IMG/VR virus record: IMGVR_UViG_2850808358_000009
Length of the DNA: 46,389 nucleotides
Reading direction: 5' to 3' (one strand)
Source of the DNA: a virus
Lineage: Duplodnaviria; Heunggongvirae; Uroviricota; Caudoviricetes
The notes under the pieces: model-generated
Database searches by the model: none
What the model was told of the DNA's origin: nothing
What the model saw: the letters and a program-made list of their open reading frames with translations, nothing else
Translations under genes and position numbers: made by a program
In this document: positions 10,639-21,139 of the stretch, one piece after another
Numbering within the stretch: the first letter of the stretch is position 1
Layout: every line of letters begins with the position of its first letter

Positions 10639-12311
10639 CCTGTTACCCCGCTGGAATAAACCGACACAAGCGCCGAATTCGTGATACGCCGACGTGCGTC
10701 ATCGGTAATACCCTTCACATTGTCCGACGTTGTGGTGACATTCAGTGTCCCGATATGCGTGGTTTCCGTTACGGTGGACTGCGATACAGGCGCAGGATGG
10801 CGCGACCGTATGGCCATTGCCGCACCCGGATAAGGCAGGTTCGCCAGCACCCGCGGAATATAGTTGCGGGTCTCCTCCGGAGCAGCAGCCAGTCCCTTAC
10901 GCTGAACATTTCCCTCTCCCCAGTTATATGCCGCCAGAGCCTTAGCCAGATCGCCATGAAAAAAACGTATCAGGCCACCAAGTTTTCTCGCGGCGGCATC
11001 AGCGGCTTTTTCGGGATCAAAGGCATCGTTCCCCCTCAGACCAAATTCACTGGCCGTCTTCGGCATGAACTGAAACAGTCCCATCGCACCAGCAGGTGAG
11101 ACGGCAAACTGATTACCACGGGATTCGGTGATCGCAACGCTGCGCAGCAGTCCGGGCGGCAGGTTATATTTTTCCTCCAGTTGAGACAGTTTCGGTTGCA
11201 GCCAGCCTAACAGGGCTTCCCCGGTCTTCGTCGGTCGCTGGCGGTTTTGCATGGCATTACCGAGTTTTTCCTGCGTCGCACGCATACCCTGTAGCCAGGA
11301 TTCACCGAAGGCTGCTTCCCTCCCGGTTGCCTGAGAAGCCTGAGTATCCAGCATGCCCTGCTGCCATACTGTGGGTGATTGTGCCCGGGTGATGTTGCCA
11401 GGCTTTTCTCCGGCATCCAGTTTTGTCTGATACGTCTCCATCTCTTTCTTATTGAAAAAGAAAGTCCCGTCTGAAGCCCAGAAAAAACCATGTGAATCCA
11501 GCCAGTCCTTATTTTCCCTGCCAACAATGGATGTCAGTAATCCGTCAACAACCGGGTAAAGCGCCGTTATCGCAAAAAGAAGGCCTCCGGGGCCACTGAG
11601 GGCTTTTGTCAGCCCCCGCACCCATGACGCCACTTTCAGCCCGATCAGCGTAATAATGACATTCTGCCAGCCCCCCAGTTCTCCGGCAGCCTTATTCGCC
11701 AGGGAGGCCACTGACTCAACGTCATTCAGAAATGTGGTGATAAACCTGTTCACTTCCTCCGGATGTTGCTGCATCCAGTCACCGAGTGTCTCCAGCCAGT
11801 GGCTGAGCTTCAGCGCGTACGGCATCAACGTGGTGCTAATCGTCATCCCGATGCCGGACCAGGTCTGATCGAGCTCAACAAGCTCTTTTCGTAGCTTACG
11901 GGCCAGCGCTGTACGCCCCGGCGTAACCTGCGAACGGGAAGTAAATTCGTCCACATCTTTCAGCGCATGACCGGAGCCAAGAAACTGCTGTCCGGCATAA
12001 CTGAAGCCCAGCGCGTTGCCGTAGGCAGTTTGTTCGGACTTTGTCAGTCGCGGAAAAATAACCGCCAGCTTGCGCATGATGGCTTCAGTGCTGTCAGTAT
12101 TTAAATCAACACTAATGCCCGCCCTGGCTGCAACCTGAAACAAATCCTGTAACACAGGATCAAAGGACCTTCCGGCTCTGAAGGCCGCTTTTGCATTTGC
12201 AAGCCGGGAAAATGCCCCAGACATTTCCCCTTCATCAACATTATTTGCCCGCGCAGCCCGTAACCATCCGTCCAGATTTCTGGCCTTCATGCCAAAAGCA
12301 TCAGATTCCAC
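10635..12311 (-). CDS. Tape measure protein, main body with C-terminal lytic transglycosylase (SLT) domain; frame broken from its N-terminal part
   Basis: 558 aa; SLT motifs (ESRGNQFAVSPAGAMGLFQFMP...AYNWGEGNV) near the C-terminus; located between chaperone and baseplate genes. This frame is open upstream of the annotated start into the overlap with 12356..12655. Confidence 0.7.
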   Translation of the reverse strand: MESDAFGMKARNLDGWLRAARANNVDEGEMSGAFSRLANAKAAFRAGRSFDPVLQDLFQVAARAGISVDLNTDSTEAIMRKLAVIFPRLTKSEQTAYGNALGFSYAGQQFLGSGHALKDVDEFTSRSQVTPGRTALARKLRKELVELDQTWSGIGMTISTTLMPYALKLSHWLETLGDWMQQHPEEVNRFITTFLNDVESVASLANKAAGELGGWQNVIITLIGLKVASWVRGLTKALSGPGGLLFAITALYPVVDGLLTSIVGRENKDWLDSHGFFWASDGTFFFNKKEMETYQTKLDAGEKPGNITRAQSPTVWQQGMLDTQASQATGREAAFGESWLQGMRATQEKLGNAMQNRQRPTKTGEALLGWLQPKLSQLEEKYNLPPGLLRSVAITESRGNQFAVSPAGAMGLFQFMPKTASEFGLRGNDAFDPEKAADAAARKLGGLIRFFHGDLAKALAAYNWGEGNVQRKGLAAAPEETRNYIPRVLANLPYPGAAMAIRSRHPAPVSQSTVTETTHIGTLNVTTTSDNVKGITDDARRRITNSALVSVYSSGVTG

Positions 12312-12355
12312 GGACAGACGGTTCAGATCACGGGCAAAACCTGTTACCAGGTTCT

Positions 12356-12655
12356 TCAGCCCCCCAGCGTCAGACTGACACCCGCAAGAGCCAGAATCTC
12401 GCTACGGATCCCTGAAAAAAAACGGGACGCCCGTTTCCCGGCATCTTCCATTCGACGGGCCGTTTTATCAGCATCTTTTCCGGTTTTTTCCAGTGATTCA
12501 CTGGTTTTCTTCTGTCCCTGACTGAATGTGTCAGCGACACCTTCCATCACCGTCGTGAGCCGGTTAAGGGCAGCATGTACTGCCTGTTCCCCGGCAGTAA
12601 AGTCCCTGTCATCAATCCCGAGGGACAGAACAAGCTCATCAAGTACCTGCGCCAT
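12356..12655 (-). CDS. Tape measure protein N-terminal fragment
   Basis: 99 aa ending right after a G6 tract; typical TMP N-terminus; ATG overlaps the stop of the GT-extension frame. Confidence 0.55.
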   Translation of the reverse strand: MAQVLDELVLSLGIDDRDFTAGEQAVHAALNRLTTVMEGVADTFSQGQKKTSESLEKTGKDADKTARRMEDAGKRASRFFSGIRSEILALAGVSLTLGG

Positions 12656-12899
12656 TTCTGTTCTCCTGTATCACCTGTTCGTTATGGGCATCCACATGAA
12701 TTATTTCCAGCAGATCCCATAAGTCCTGCACACCAAGGACAGAATCCAGTTCAGCTTTTGAAGCCTTACCGGAGGAGATAACGGTCGCAATGGTACGGGG
12801 AACATTAACGTAATCCACCACCCCGAACGGTCTGTCGGGGTCGAGATAACGCGGGGGGATATCTAGCTGACGACGGTAGCGAAAAAATCCACATGCAGC
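12639..12899 (-). CDS. -1 frame extension of the tail assembly chaperone (gpT analogue; candidate G-T fusion product)
   Basis: ORF-track ORF 12639..12821 is in the -1 frame relative to 12863..13267; by my reading this frame is open from about 12899 and overlaps the chaperone 3' end across a GAUUUUUUC slippery-like sequence. Confidence 0.5.
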   Translation of the reverse strand, partial: AACGFFRYRRQLDIPPRYLDPDRPFGVVDYVNVPRTIATVISSGKASKAELDSVLGVQDLWDLLEIIHVDAHNEQVIQENRNGAGT

Positions 12900-13267
12900 T
12901 TAAAGACCTCCGCACGCAGATTAAGACGGGTAATGATTTCTTCAATATCCTCTTCAACAAGCGGTCTCCGGATGCTGCGTTTTTTCGGATCGGGAACAAA
13001 CTGCACACAGTCCATCATTTCATCCATCAACGGACGCGCCTCATCAGGCGGAATTTTCGATAATGCTTTCAGCCCTTCAAGGGCAAGCGCAGCCATCCCC
13101 AGACTACGAACATCATCCGGTAACTCCACGCCACCACGCCCCATTGCCATAATGGCACGCATCGCCCACCATTCCGCCTGTGAGGCAGACATTTCGGTAA
13201 GATGAAATACCTTGCCCTTATCCCGTCCCTGACCTTCAATAGTGATAAATTTCTCTTTACGGGCCAT
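12863..13267 (-). CDS. Tail assembly chaperone (lambda gpG analogue)
   Basis: 134 aa ORF between tail tube and tape measure; ends ...HVDFFATVVS just after a U-run. Confidence 0.6.
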   Translation of the reverse strand: MARKEKFITIEGQGRDKGKVFHLTEMSASQAEWWAMRAIMAMGRGGVELPDDVRSLGMAALALEGLKALSKIPPDEARPLMDEMMDCVQFVPDPKKRSIRRPLVEEDIEEIITRLNLRAEVFKLHVDFFATVVS

Positions 13268-13713
13268 CAGTTAAAAACCTCCGGAGTAATGGTTTCCCAC
13301 TCAATAACCGCCTGCCCTGGCTGCAACGTACGAGCTGCATCAGGCAGCGCTTTCCATTGTTTGAGTACGCCATTCACGCAGGTATATTTACGGCCAATCG
13401 CCGGAAGCAGGACGACAGCGTTACAACGGAATACAGCCCGACTGGCCCGGGATGTGGTTGACCAGGTATCAAAAATATCCCGGCTGGGGGAATCCGGCAT
13501 GATATGAAACGTCTGGATAATGTTGCTGTACACAAATCCCGCGGACAGTTTACCGTCAATACCGCGGGCAGTTTCCGCCAGTACCAGTGGATCGGTGCCA
13601 TAAACGTTATCTGTTGCAAATCCCTGAAGTCGTACGCCGGAGGGATACAGATTATTCACTGTCAGCGTGATAATGGCATCCGCCGCAGTGATGGTGTTGT
13701 TGTTACCCGACAT
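13267..13713 (-). CDS. Tail tube protein
   Basis: 148 aa ORF immediately downstream of the sheath gene. Confidence 0.55.
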   Translation of the reverse strand: MSGNNNTITAADAIITLTVNNLYPSGVRLQGFATDNVYGTDPLVLAETARGIDGKLSAGFVYSNIIQTFHIMPDSPSRDIFDTWSTTSRASRAVFRCNAVVLLPAIGRKYTCVNGVLKQWKALPDAARTLQPGQAVIEWETITPEVFN

Positions 13714-15198
13714 TTACTGGACCTCCGTGGATGCAATAACAAGTTTCTGGATACTACCGCCGTCACAGTACCAGAGCGTACAGGACGGACTGCTACGGGT
13801 TGCCCGCAAAGAGGGAAGCATATCGCCGATATACAGGTAATAGCCGGTGGCAAACAACGTTGAAGAAACATCTGCCCCCACAACATTGTTAATCTGTTTC
13901 TTCTGCGCCTCCGTCAGTGTCACCCCTTCACGGATCCCTCCCCAGCGTTTGTACTGCTGGATAACGTCACTCATTGACGCTGCAACCAGCGCCCGCCCTT
14001 CATTGTTGTAGGGGATCGTCTGGTTTGACTTGAATAACGCGATCACCGCCCCCTGCAAACTGGCATTCAGCCAGATTTGCCCGCAGAAACTGTCCAGCCA
14101 TTTAAAATCACCGGTAATAGTGCCATCCGCCCAGTAATCTTCCACCACACTGTTTTCCGCATATTTTCCGTAGAAATTGTAACCTGCGGCGATCAGCGCA
14201 TCATAATCGCTGCCACTGGTAACATCAGCGGCCAGCCCCTCATACTCGCGGAACTTGAATGATACACGCCCCTCTGGTCGGACAAAATCAAGGCACGCTG
14301 CATACCCCAGTACCGCTGCAGCCCGGTTACCATCAGTCGCGAAAACAGGTACAACAGAGCTGTAGTTATTGACAGCAATTATCTGGTAAGCGATGTGTTC
14401 AGTACTGCCTTTTACTCTGGCGTTGCCGCTGGTTGTCCATGCCACATAAAAGTAACGCTTGCCCTGCCCGTTTGCCCATGCAGAAAACGCCAGGTGTTGC
14501 TCGTCAGTGACCTCAGATACCGTGGAAAAACCCGCCCATTGCTGGGAAGCGGCCTTAATGGCTGCCATTGTGTCAGGGACATCAGATACAGGCGCGCCCC
14601 GGGATATCACCGCACCGGTGTTACTGGTCATCTTCAGGAGTTCTGCTGCCGATCCACTGCCGAACGTTATCGTGGTACTCCCGGGTTTCGCCCCGGCGAC
14701 AGTAATGACAAAAGCATTCTGTGTGGTATCGAATACCACTGTAGCCACTGCTGCGGTCAGCGCTGTCTGTAGTGCCGTTGCAGCAGCGGCGAAGCTGGCG
14801 ACACCGTTAAAATTCACTTCAATGCTGACGCTTTTCCCGTTAATACTCAGCATCAGCGTGCCGGAAAGTTTTTGTAGCTGTTCAACAGTCGCGCCCTTAA
14901 ACGAACCGCTACGTAACCAGGCCGCCGATGGGGCAGGACTGAAACGGGAAAACAACAATTGCCCCGGCGTCCTGGTGGCATTTTTGAAGCCCTGGAAATA
15001 AAGCTGAGCGCGTGCGTACTCATCGGATAATGCACCAAAATACGCGGCCACATCATCCGGAGAGGAAAACGGAACCACAGTGCCGACCGGAAGTAACGGA
15101 TTACTGGTCAACAGCAGGCCGTTAAGATCGACGGCATTACCCGCCACAGCCAGCACACCGGGATTTATCTGTACATCTTTACTGAGTGGAATTGGCAT
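13714..15198 (-). CDS. Tail sheath protein (contractile tail)
   Basis: 494 aa; size and position as the first gene of the tail block. Confidence 0.65.
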   Translation of the reverse strand: MPIPLSKDVQINPGVLAVAGNAVDLNGLLLTSNPLLPVGTVVPFSSPDDVAAYFGALSDEYARAQLYFQGFKNATRTPGQLLFSRFSPAPSAAWLRSGSFKGATVEQLQKLSGTLMLSINGKSVSIEVNFNGVASFAAAATALQTALTAAVATVVFDTTQNAFVITVAGAKPGSTTITFGSGSAAELLKMTSNTGAVISRGAPVSDVPDTMAAIKAASQQWAGFSTVSEVTDEQHLAFSAWANGQGKRYFYVAWTTSGNARVKGSTEHIAYQIIAVNNYSSVVPVFATDGNRAAAVLGYAACLDFVRPEGRVSFKFREYEGLAADVTSGSDYDALIAAGYNFYGKYAENSVVEDYWADGTITGDFKWLDSFCGQIWLNASLQGAVIALFKSNQTIPYNNEGRALVAASMSDVIQQYKRWGGIREGVTLTEAQKKQINNVVGADVSSTLFATGYYLYIGDMLPSLRATRSSPSCTLWYCDGGSIQKLVIASTEVQ

Positions 15199-15724
15199 TA
15201 TCAGCCTCCGTTGTCCGGGTGATCACGTTGTCAAAAAACATCAGGGAAGTTGTGACCACAGGGTTAATCTGCATCTGAATATCAAGCGTCCAGCGCGGTT
15301 CATACTGTTGCTGACCGTTGGGGAATGTGGTGTTAAAGGGCTCTGAGCAATACAGCGGGGAAATCAGCCCACCGCCCTGCCGGAAAAGCCGTACGGAAAA
15401 TTCAGACCGGAAAAGCGTTGCCAGCACCTGCGCGTTATCTGCCGCGTGAGGGCCGTAGAAATCAAGCTGGCAACGCCATTTTGTGGTACGGGTGATATGC
15501 TGAGAGCCCTCACCAGCCTGCGCTGGCGCAGAATATGCCACTACCGCAGTGGATAATCCGGTAACATCAATGCCCGTCATGGTGATGAAATTCCCCTGAG
15601 GCATCGGGACCTGGTTCTGCTGCGTTCGTTCAATCCCGGCATCAGAAAAAAGCCCCCGGAGATAATCACCGAGGGCCTGATAAAGAGCGCTTTCCGTAAC
15701 GGAGAGGGTCACACCTGAAGGCAT
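15179..15724 (-). CDS. Hypothetical virion protein (head-tail joining / tail completion region)
   Basis: 181 aa ORF in the structural block. Confidence 0.35.
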   Translation of the reverse strand: MPSGVTLSVTESALYQALGDYLRGLFSDAGIERTQQNQVPMPQGNFITMTGIDVTGLSTAVVAYSAPAQAGEGSQHITRTTKWRCQLDFYGPHAADNAQVLATLFRSEFSVRLFRQGGGLISPLYCSEPFNTTFPNGQQQYEPRWTLDIQMQINPVVTTSLMFFDNVITRTTEADNANSTQ

Positions 15725-16074
15725 ACAATAACCCTCGTCCAGTCAGGCCAGATTTCCGGTACCTCAATCACCAGCCACGTTTCATCGCCAATAACAAATT
15801 TATCGCCTCCCTGTTGCCGGGCACGGTTAAGCCCGCACCAGTTACCATCGGTATACAATGTGGCGAAAACTCCCTGCTGGTTAAGATTATCAAGATGACG
15901 TAAATCAGCCTGGGTGACAGCCTGCTTTTGCACCCTGACGGAAACCGGATCTTCATACTCAGGTACGCGGGAATAATCTGCCTGCTGTGTACTCCCGCGG
16001 GAACGATAAACCAGCGCGTCTGTAAAGGGATTTACCCGACGTACTGCGCCGGAAACAATACCGTGAAAGTTCAT
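15709..16074 (-). CDS. Hypothetical virion protein
   Basis: 121 aa ORF, overlapping coupling with neighbours. Confidence 0.35.
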   Translation of the reverse strand: MNFHGIVSGAVRRVNPFTDALVYRSRGSTQQADYSRVPEYEDPVSVRVQKQAVTQADLRHLDNLNQQGVFATLYTDGNWCGLNRARQQGGDKFVIGDETWLVIEVPEIWPDWTRVIVCLQV

Positions 16075-16604
16075 TTTTTGCCCCCGTCTACAGAATAATC
16101 AACGCTGTCCATCATATGTCCGGTTTCAATAAGCGGGTTGTTAAAACCCTTTTGCCGGGCAGTGGATGCAGCGTTGGGCGGACTTTCCCAGTCGCGAACA
16201 GACATCTGCAACTGCCCTTTGATATGTTCTCCCATACACACCAGAGCGGTCGCAGTATCAAAATCATTCGCCCGTAATAAGGTCGCCATTTTTTCGCCCC
16301 ATTCGGGACTTTTATGTTCGATCATCTTACGGAAGAACGGACGGGGGGGAATGGTGACCGTGTGCTCAGGAATAACCACATCCTGAACAAAATTCCCTTT
16401 ACCGGCTTTGACAAAGCGGTGCCCGGTTTCTCCCGTTTTTTCGTTATAGCGAAAGTGGAGCGTCTGCTCACGGGCGGGTATGACCGCTCTTCCACCAAAC
16501 TCCTGAACTGCGGCAATATAAGCCACTGACGTACCGTCAGGGTAAGTTGCTCCCTCAAGAAAACCCACTTTGAGTTTTTTTACCCAATGAAAGGTTCGCG
16601 GCAA
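16071..16604 (-). CDS. Head-tail region structural protein, apparently missing its N-terminus through a frameshift
   Basis: 177 aa with TTG start; the natural-looking N-terminus ([27 protein letters not shown]...) lies in another frame at about 16555..16657 and ends right after an A-tract. Confidence 0.45.
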   Translation of the reverse strand: MPRTFHWVKKLKVGFLEGATYPDGTSVAYIAAVQEFGGRAVIPAREQTLHFRYNEKTGETGHRFVKAGKGNFVQDVVIPEHTVTIPPRPFFRKMIEHKSPEWGEKMATLLRANDFDTATALVCMGEHIKGQLQMSVRDWESPPNAASTARQKGFNNPLIETGHMMDSVDYSVDGGKK

Positions 16605-16645
16605 CCTGTTTCAGCTTCTGCCGGAACTGTTTGCCACCTGTGACT

Positions 16646-17104
16646 TTATTTACCATCGACGCCCCTCCCGTATCCCCGGTAATAATGCCCCGGATATCGC
16701 GAAGGTGACCCCCCGGAATGATACTGCATTGAGCGGTATGGCGCTGTCGCCTGCCAGTAGTCAGCACCCCAGGGGGTCTGGAGATACCACCACGACGCAT
16801 CATTACTGCCGCTATTATCCACCGATACCGATACAGAACCTTCCGACGCACTGGTGATACGCCCCACCAGACCAGCCTGCCCGTCTCTCCCGTTTCCCAG
16901 CCCCCGCAATGCGCACAGATGCGCAACCAGCAGGAACAGAAGCTGTTCCCGCTCCTTCAGGTCGGTAACCGGACTGTCGTCCGTGTTATCCAGGTACAAC
17001 GCGGTCGCCTGGTTAAACACCGCCGTCAGTAGCTCCGGTGTCACCGTGGAAAACTCCGGGTACAGACTGACAAACATCCGACAGTCAAACGTCACCGTAC
17101 CCAT
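16646..17104 (-). CDS. Head-tail connector-like protein (DUF4054-like)
   Basis: 152 aa; N-terminal [13 protein letters not shown]...LLTAVFNQA pattern recalled from DUF4054 phage proteins. Confidence 0.45.
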   Translation of the reverse strand: MGTVTFDCRMFVSLYPEFSTVTPELLTAVFNQATALYLDNTDDSPVTDLKEREQLLFLLVAHLCALRGLGNGRDGQAGLVGRITSASEGSVSVSVDNSGSNDASWWYLQTPWGADYWQATAPYRSMQYHSGGSPSRYPGHYYRGYGRGVDGK

Positions 17105-17109
17105 AGCGT

Positions 17110-17457
17110 TTACTCCTGAGGTTTACCCATCACTTCATCATTGCGGTTAACGCCCGGAGCCGGATTTTTCTGCGGCAGCGGTTCAAGGCCGGATTTAACG
17201 GCTTTCTGCTCCGTAGCCTGCGAGACTGCACTGTTCGCCTTATCCTGCGCAAAAATAACGCCATTTTTCACATAAGGTTGCTGTCCGTGCTCCGCCAGCC
17301 AGGCGTCAAAAAACACCTTATCGACCTGCGTCAGACCATAGCCCCCCACAATTTTAACCGCGTTATTCCGCCAGCCTGCCACCTGAACCCGTTTCTGACC
17401 CACTTCCAGCACCAGACCGTTCGGCAGTTTGCAGCCCACTGTTACCATTTCAGCCAT
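17110..17457 (-). CDS. Hypothetical head protein
   Basis: 115 aa ORF downstream of the major capsid gene. Confidence 0.35.
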   Translation of the reverse strand: MAEMVTVGCKLPNGLVLEVGQKRVQVAGWRNNAVKIVGGYGLTQVDKVFFDAWLAEHGQQPYVKNGVIFAQDKANSAVSQATEQKAVKSGLEPLPQKNPAPGVNRNDEVMGKPQE

Positions 17458-17460
17458 AAC

Positions 17461-18489
17461 TCACACCCCCAGCATTTGTGCATACGCCAGCGGCTGGCGA
17501 ATAATCGCCCCCCAGGTACCAGCGGATTTTTTCTGTTTCCAGGAAGACGTATCTGCCACTACCGCATGGGCGCGCATTTTTTCAGTGAAAGCGCAATAGC
17601 CTGTATCCTGTTCACCCAGACGCTCCGCGATAAGCTGTACCAGCTCGCCAGCGTCAGAGGTGTATTCCACCGCCGTTTCAATGGTCATCGCCGGGAAATT
17701 TTTCGCCAGCAGATCGGACACGTTAACCCTGTACTGGTTTGTTTTGGTGAGGTTCACCTCTGCCAGCGGCGACATGCACAGTTTCATTTTGTCGGTACGC
17801 TCAATATGACCGTTAGTCTGTTTCACCAGTTGCTTAAAGAGTTTCACGATATCGTCATACACGCCCTGTCCGTCCTTGTCGTCCCACTTCAGTTTACCAT
17901 CAACGGTATCCGGGGTGATTGGTGCAGATAACGACGGATCATTCAGCAAACCGTAGTTCGTCAGTCCGGCAATACCGTAGAAATAGGACTTATTCTGGAA
18001 CTTATTCAGCGTCAGTGCTGACGCCACGTTCAGCTCTGCCGCCCAGCCAATACGGGCTGCGCCGTACATCTCCAGCTCACGTTCGCCCCATACGGTGAAG
18101 GTCTGGAAGTGATAGCTCTGGCGCGGTACCCAGTTGACGTTTGCGCTTACCACCCCGTTGTTGCTGTAATCCCCGTAGGAACTCACCTCCCCGTCAGATT
18201 CTGCAATCGGGAATTGTGCCGACAGTGTCGTCCAGTCACCTTTTTTGGTTTCGCCCAGAATCTGAGCGGCTTTCATCGGCGTCACCAGCACGCGGATCAG
18301 TTCTGGCTCAACGTAATTGGTGAAATACGCAGGGATACCGCTGTTAGCCGCTGTGACCAGCGCAGGCTGCGCGTCCATCGCCAGTCCGTAATCGGCGGCG
18401 TACTCCTTCGGCAAATAAGCCTGTGCTCCGGGAAGAATAATCCCGTAGTCGCGACTTGCCGTCGCATAATGCTGTTTAAATTTATTCAT
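17461..18489 (-). CDS. Major capsid protein
   Basis: 342 aa; position after the scaffold-like gene, size and composition typical of a major capsid protein. Confidence 0.65.
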   Translation of the reverse strand: MNKFKQHYATASRDYGIILPGAQAYLPKEYAADYGLAMDAQPALVTAANSGIPAYFTNYVEPELIRVLVTPMKAAQILGETKKGDWTTLSAQFPIAESDGEVSSYGDYSNNGVVSANVNWVPRQSYHFQTFTVWGERELEMYGAARIGWAAELNVASALTLNKFQNKSYFYGIAGLTNYGLLNDPSLSAPITPDTVDGKLKWDDKDGQGVYDDIVKLFKQLVKQTNGHIERTDKMKLCMSPLAEVNLTKTNQYRVNVSDLLAKNFPAMTIETAVEYTSDAGELVQLIAERLGEQDTGYCAFTEKMRAHAVVADTSSWKQKKSAGTWGAIIRQPLAYAQMLGV

Positions 18490-18971
18490 TATTTGCTCCA
18501 GGTACTGATCTTAATGACTTCTTTTGCCGCCGCAGCGCTGGCAACGGAAAACCAGGTTTCGACAAACCCCGCCATCGAGGTGCCAGCCGCCCCCGTGGCT
18601 ATCTCCCCGGTGGCCAGTGAGGCAAATACTTTCTGCCCGATCGTCGCAGTAGTGGTGGTCAGCGCCCAGAAATCCCCCGACACCATCAGGGTGCATTCAC
18701 GCCCCGGATAAATGGTGTTCGAGTCCCCGGCCAGCCATTCCACAATGGAAGCCTGCCCGTCACGAGGAACAAAACCCGCCGGTGCGCCGGCCCCCTTATT
18801 AGCGGCAACACCTTTGGTTACCCAGGCAAACCGGGCAATTACCAGCCCGTCAGGGCCGGTAATCAGCCCGCCATCTCCCGCCACATACGAGGCATGAGGG
18901 TTAGCACTGGCAAACGCCCCCGGAATACCCGGTGCCGGGTACTGGTTCATGTGTGTCTGAAAAGTATTCAT
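18489..18971 (-). CDS. Hypothetical head protein (possible decoration protein)
   Basis: 160 aa Gly/Ala-rich ORF between scaffold and capsid genes. Confidence 0.35.
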   Translation of the reverse strand: MNTFQTHMNQYPAPGIPGAFASANPHASYVAGDGGLITGPDGLVIARFAWVTKGVAANKGAGAPAGFVPRDGQASIVEWLAGDSNTIYPGRECTLMVSGDFWALTTTTATIGQKVFASLATGEIATGAAGTSMAGFVETWFSVASAAAAKEVIKISTWSK

Positions 18972-18972
18972 A

Positions 18973-19851
18973 TCAGTAACCTCGTTTCAGTTTTGCACCG
19001 GGGAAATCTGCCGCAAACGTCGATGCGCTGGCCTGATCCATCGCCACACGGGGAGAGGATTTGGCCGTCTGCTTCTGCTCAACGGCAAACTTCACCATGC
19101 TGCGGTACGCACCGGGGTGAATACCCTGGATATCGATCCCCGTCTGTTCCAGCGCGGTACGGTAAACATCTTCGGCGCAGTCCATCGCCACCACATCGCC
19201 AATCAGCGGTCGCACTTCAGCTTCAGCCACACGGACGGCGCGGAAATTTTCAGCAGCCCGTTTCGTTGCCTGGTCAGTTGCCAGCCTGATTGCTGCATCC
19301 ATCGCAGGTTTATCGACTTTCACATCGTCGGGTTTCACATCAGCCTCTTTTGTTTCGGGGGCTTCGTCGGTTGTCGGAGACAGTGCGGATTTAATTTTTT
19401 CCAGCACATCATCAGGAACTTTGCCGGACAGCAACGCCAGTACACTTTCCATCGGGCTGTCGGTATCAAATGCCTTCGACTCGTCAGTTAACCCGGTATC
19501 ATCATCCCCGACCAGCTCCGGTACGGCTTCTGCTGATTCCATCAGTTGCGCCAGCTCCGCCGGTTCAATATCCATATCCTGTGCCAGCCGTTCGCTGTAA
19601 GCAGTTTTTACCGCGCTGGCGATAGCTGCCGGACGCTTATACTGCGCCATCAGGCGTAACAAATCCCCGGGAGCCGCATCCTGCGCCAGACGCGGCGCAA
19701 GATAGGTTCCCAGCGCGGTAAGCACCGCCACTTCTTTTTTACTCAGTTTCATGCGTTTTAGCTCCTGAGGGAGAGAGTCCATAACAAGACAGTCCGACCC
19801 TACCCGGCCATCGCCGACCAGGGCCACATGATTTCCCACGATATTCCGCAT
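18973..19851 (-). CDS. Scaffolding-like protein
   Basis: Acidic, Ala/Glu-rich helical protein upstream of the capsid gene; true start may be the internal MKLSKKEV methionine. Confidence 0.5.
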   Translation of the reverse strand: MRNIVGNHVALVGDGRVGSDCLVMDSLPQELKRMKLSKKEVAVLTALGTYLAPRLAQDAAPGDLLRLMAQYKRPAAIASAVKTAYSERLAQDMDIEPAELAQLMESAEAVPELVGDDDTGLTDESKAFDTDSPMESVLALLSGKVPDDVLEKIKSALSPTTDEAPETKEADVKPDDVKVDKPAMDAAIRLATDQATKRAAENFRAVRVAEAEVRPLIGDVVAMDCAEDVYRTALEQTGIDIQGIHPGAYRSMVKFAVEQKQTAKSSPRVAMDQASASTFAADFPGAKLKRGY

Positions 19852-20393
19852 AACGCCGTCATACGGCTCACCGTCGGGGTGGTTCCCGGCGTCATATCTG
19901 CCACATAGGCATATGACGATGAGATTTCCCGTTGTTCATCCGTTTCTATCCCCGCGATGGCGGAGTTGTCCCAGATGGACATGCCATTAACCAGATAGGT
20001 ACCGTCAAACTCGCTGTTGGCATGAGTCGTCCCCACCCGGTACTCGCGCGCGGGCGCGCCCGGATAATCGGGTTTGTGTCGGCACAGGACGGGAATATTG
20101 TTGAAGGTTGAAACTGCCTTGCGCAGTTCATCGGGGTCACGGTAAAGCTGATAAAGTTTTTTGGGGTCGAGTCCCAGCGCTTCCGCCCCCGGTATTTCAT
20201 ACCCGAAATAACCGCAGACGTTCGCCTTGCTGAGATTACTGCGCTCAATCTGGAGGCGACCGACTTTATCGAACTGCCTTACCGATGCCCGGTCAAACGC
20301 CAGCATTTCGGTAATAATCATTTTTTCTCCAGTCCGGGAATAACGGCCTCCCAGCCACACCGGCAGTTGATTTCTTCGCCCGGCAGTACCCAC
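19800..20393 (-). CDS. Hypothetical head-assembly protein
   Basis: 197 aa ORF between the Mu F-like gene and the scaffold gene. Confidence 0.35.
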   Translation of the reverse strand: MGTAGRRNQLPVWLGGRYSRTGEKMIITEMLAFDRASVRQFDKVGRLQIERSNLSKANVCGYFGYEIPGAEALGLDPKKLYQLYRDPDELRKAVSTFNNIPVLCRHKPDYPGAPAREYRVGTTHANSEFDGTYLVNGMSIWDNSAIAGIETDEQREISSSYAYVADMTPGTTPTVSRMTALCGISWEIMWPWSAMAG

Positions 20394-21139
20394 TTACCAT
20401 CCAGAAACATCCCCTTTCGCAGGTCAAACCGTTTACCGTTCGCCTTCACATGCGACGGACGCCATGTTTTACCCGCGCGGGAATGCCTCCAGACACCTTC
20501 AGTGATACCCACCGAACGCTGTCTGGCGGCCTGCATTACCGACGTTGCCTTATTGTTCTGGTCGCGGGCAATCAGCGCCGCGCGCCGTCGTGTGATGCCG
20601 TAACGTTTTTCCAGTTCATCGGTCAGCGTTTTCAGGTCACGTCCCCGGCCAACAGACTGCATGACCAGTGTTTCCACCTGGGTGAGATGTTGCTGCGGGA
20701 TGGAGCGAATGAGGTTCACATTCTCCGTGATGCTGGCCTGAAGTGCGGTATTCATCTCCGTTGTCATACGGAAAGGAACCGTAAACCCGGCATCACGGAG
20801 CGCAGTGTACAGTGACGCATCGCTGTTTTTCAGGACATCACCGGCAAACCGCCTCGCCAGCCGCAGGGCCATTTCGTCAAAATTTTTCTGCCAGCGCCGG
20901 GCAAGTTGCTGCATGGCACCACGCATCAGGTTAACGGGGGACGCATCCTGCGCGAGGTCTGTTTTACGGTACTCAGCCCGCAGCCAGTAAAGTACACTGT
21001 TGTGCATCCCACTGACGGCATTATCCAGTTGTCTGCGGTACCAGGCCTCAATCCCCGCGTTGGGTGAAATCCGCCTCAGGGTCTGCATTCGGGCCTTGCG
21101 GCGGATTTTCTTCGGTGTTGTCAATTTCAGTGTCGTCAA
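20318..21139 (-). CDS. Head morphogenesis protein, Mu F-like / SPP1 gp7 family
   Basis: 273 aa; position after portal, with conserved C-terminal region typical of Mu F-like minor head proteins. Confidence 0.65.
   Translation of the reverse strand: MTTLKLTTPKKIRRKARMQTLRRISPNAGIEAWYRRQLDNAVSGMHNSVLYWLRAEYRKTDLAQDASPVNLMRGAMQQLARRWQKNFDEMALRLARRFAGDVLKNSDASLYTALRDAGFTVPFRMTTEMNTALQASITENVNLIRSIPQQHLTQVETLVMQSVGRGRDLKTLTDELEKRYGITRRRAALIARDQNNKATSVMQAARQRSVGITEGVWRHSRAGKTWRPSHVKANGKRFDLRKGMFLDGKWVLPGEEINCRCGWEAVIPGLEKK

Noticed and set aside
12311-12405. Programmed frameshift in the tape measure gene
   Set aside because: Tape measure proteins are normally single ORFs and GGGGGG is not a typical efficient slippery heptamer; an indel (mutation or homopolymer sequencing error) is more likely.
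14459-15001. Long plus-strand ORFs antisense to structural genes (for example 14459..15001, 17278..17931, 18109..18711, 21000..21689, 28800..29477)
   Set aside because: They lie entirely inside well-supported minus-strand genes, have Arg/Cys/Ser-rich junk-like composition and no translational signals; typical shadow ORFs.
16322-16558. 78-aa minus-strand ORF within the head-tail gene region
   Set aside because: Out-of-frame shadow of the 16071..16604 gene with junk-like composition.
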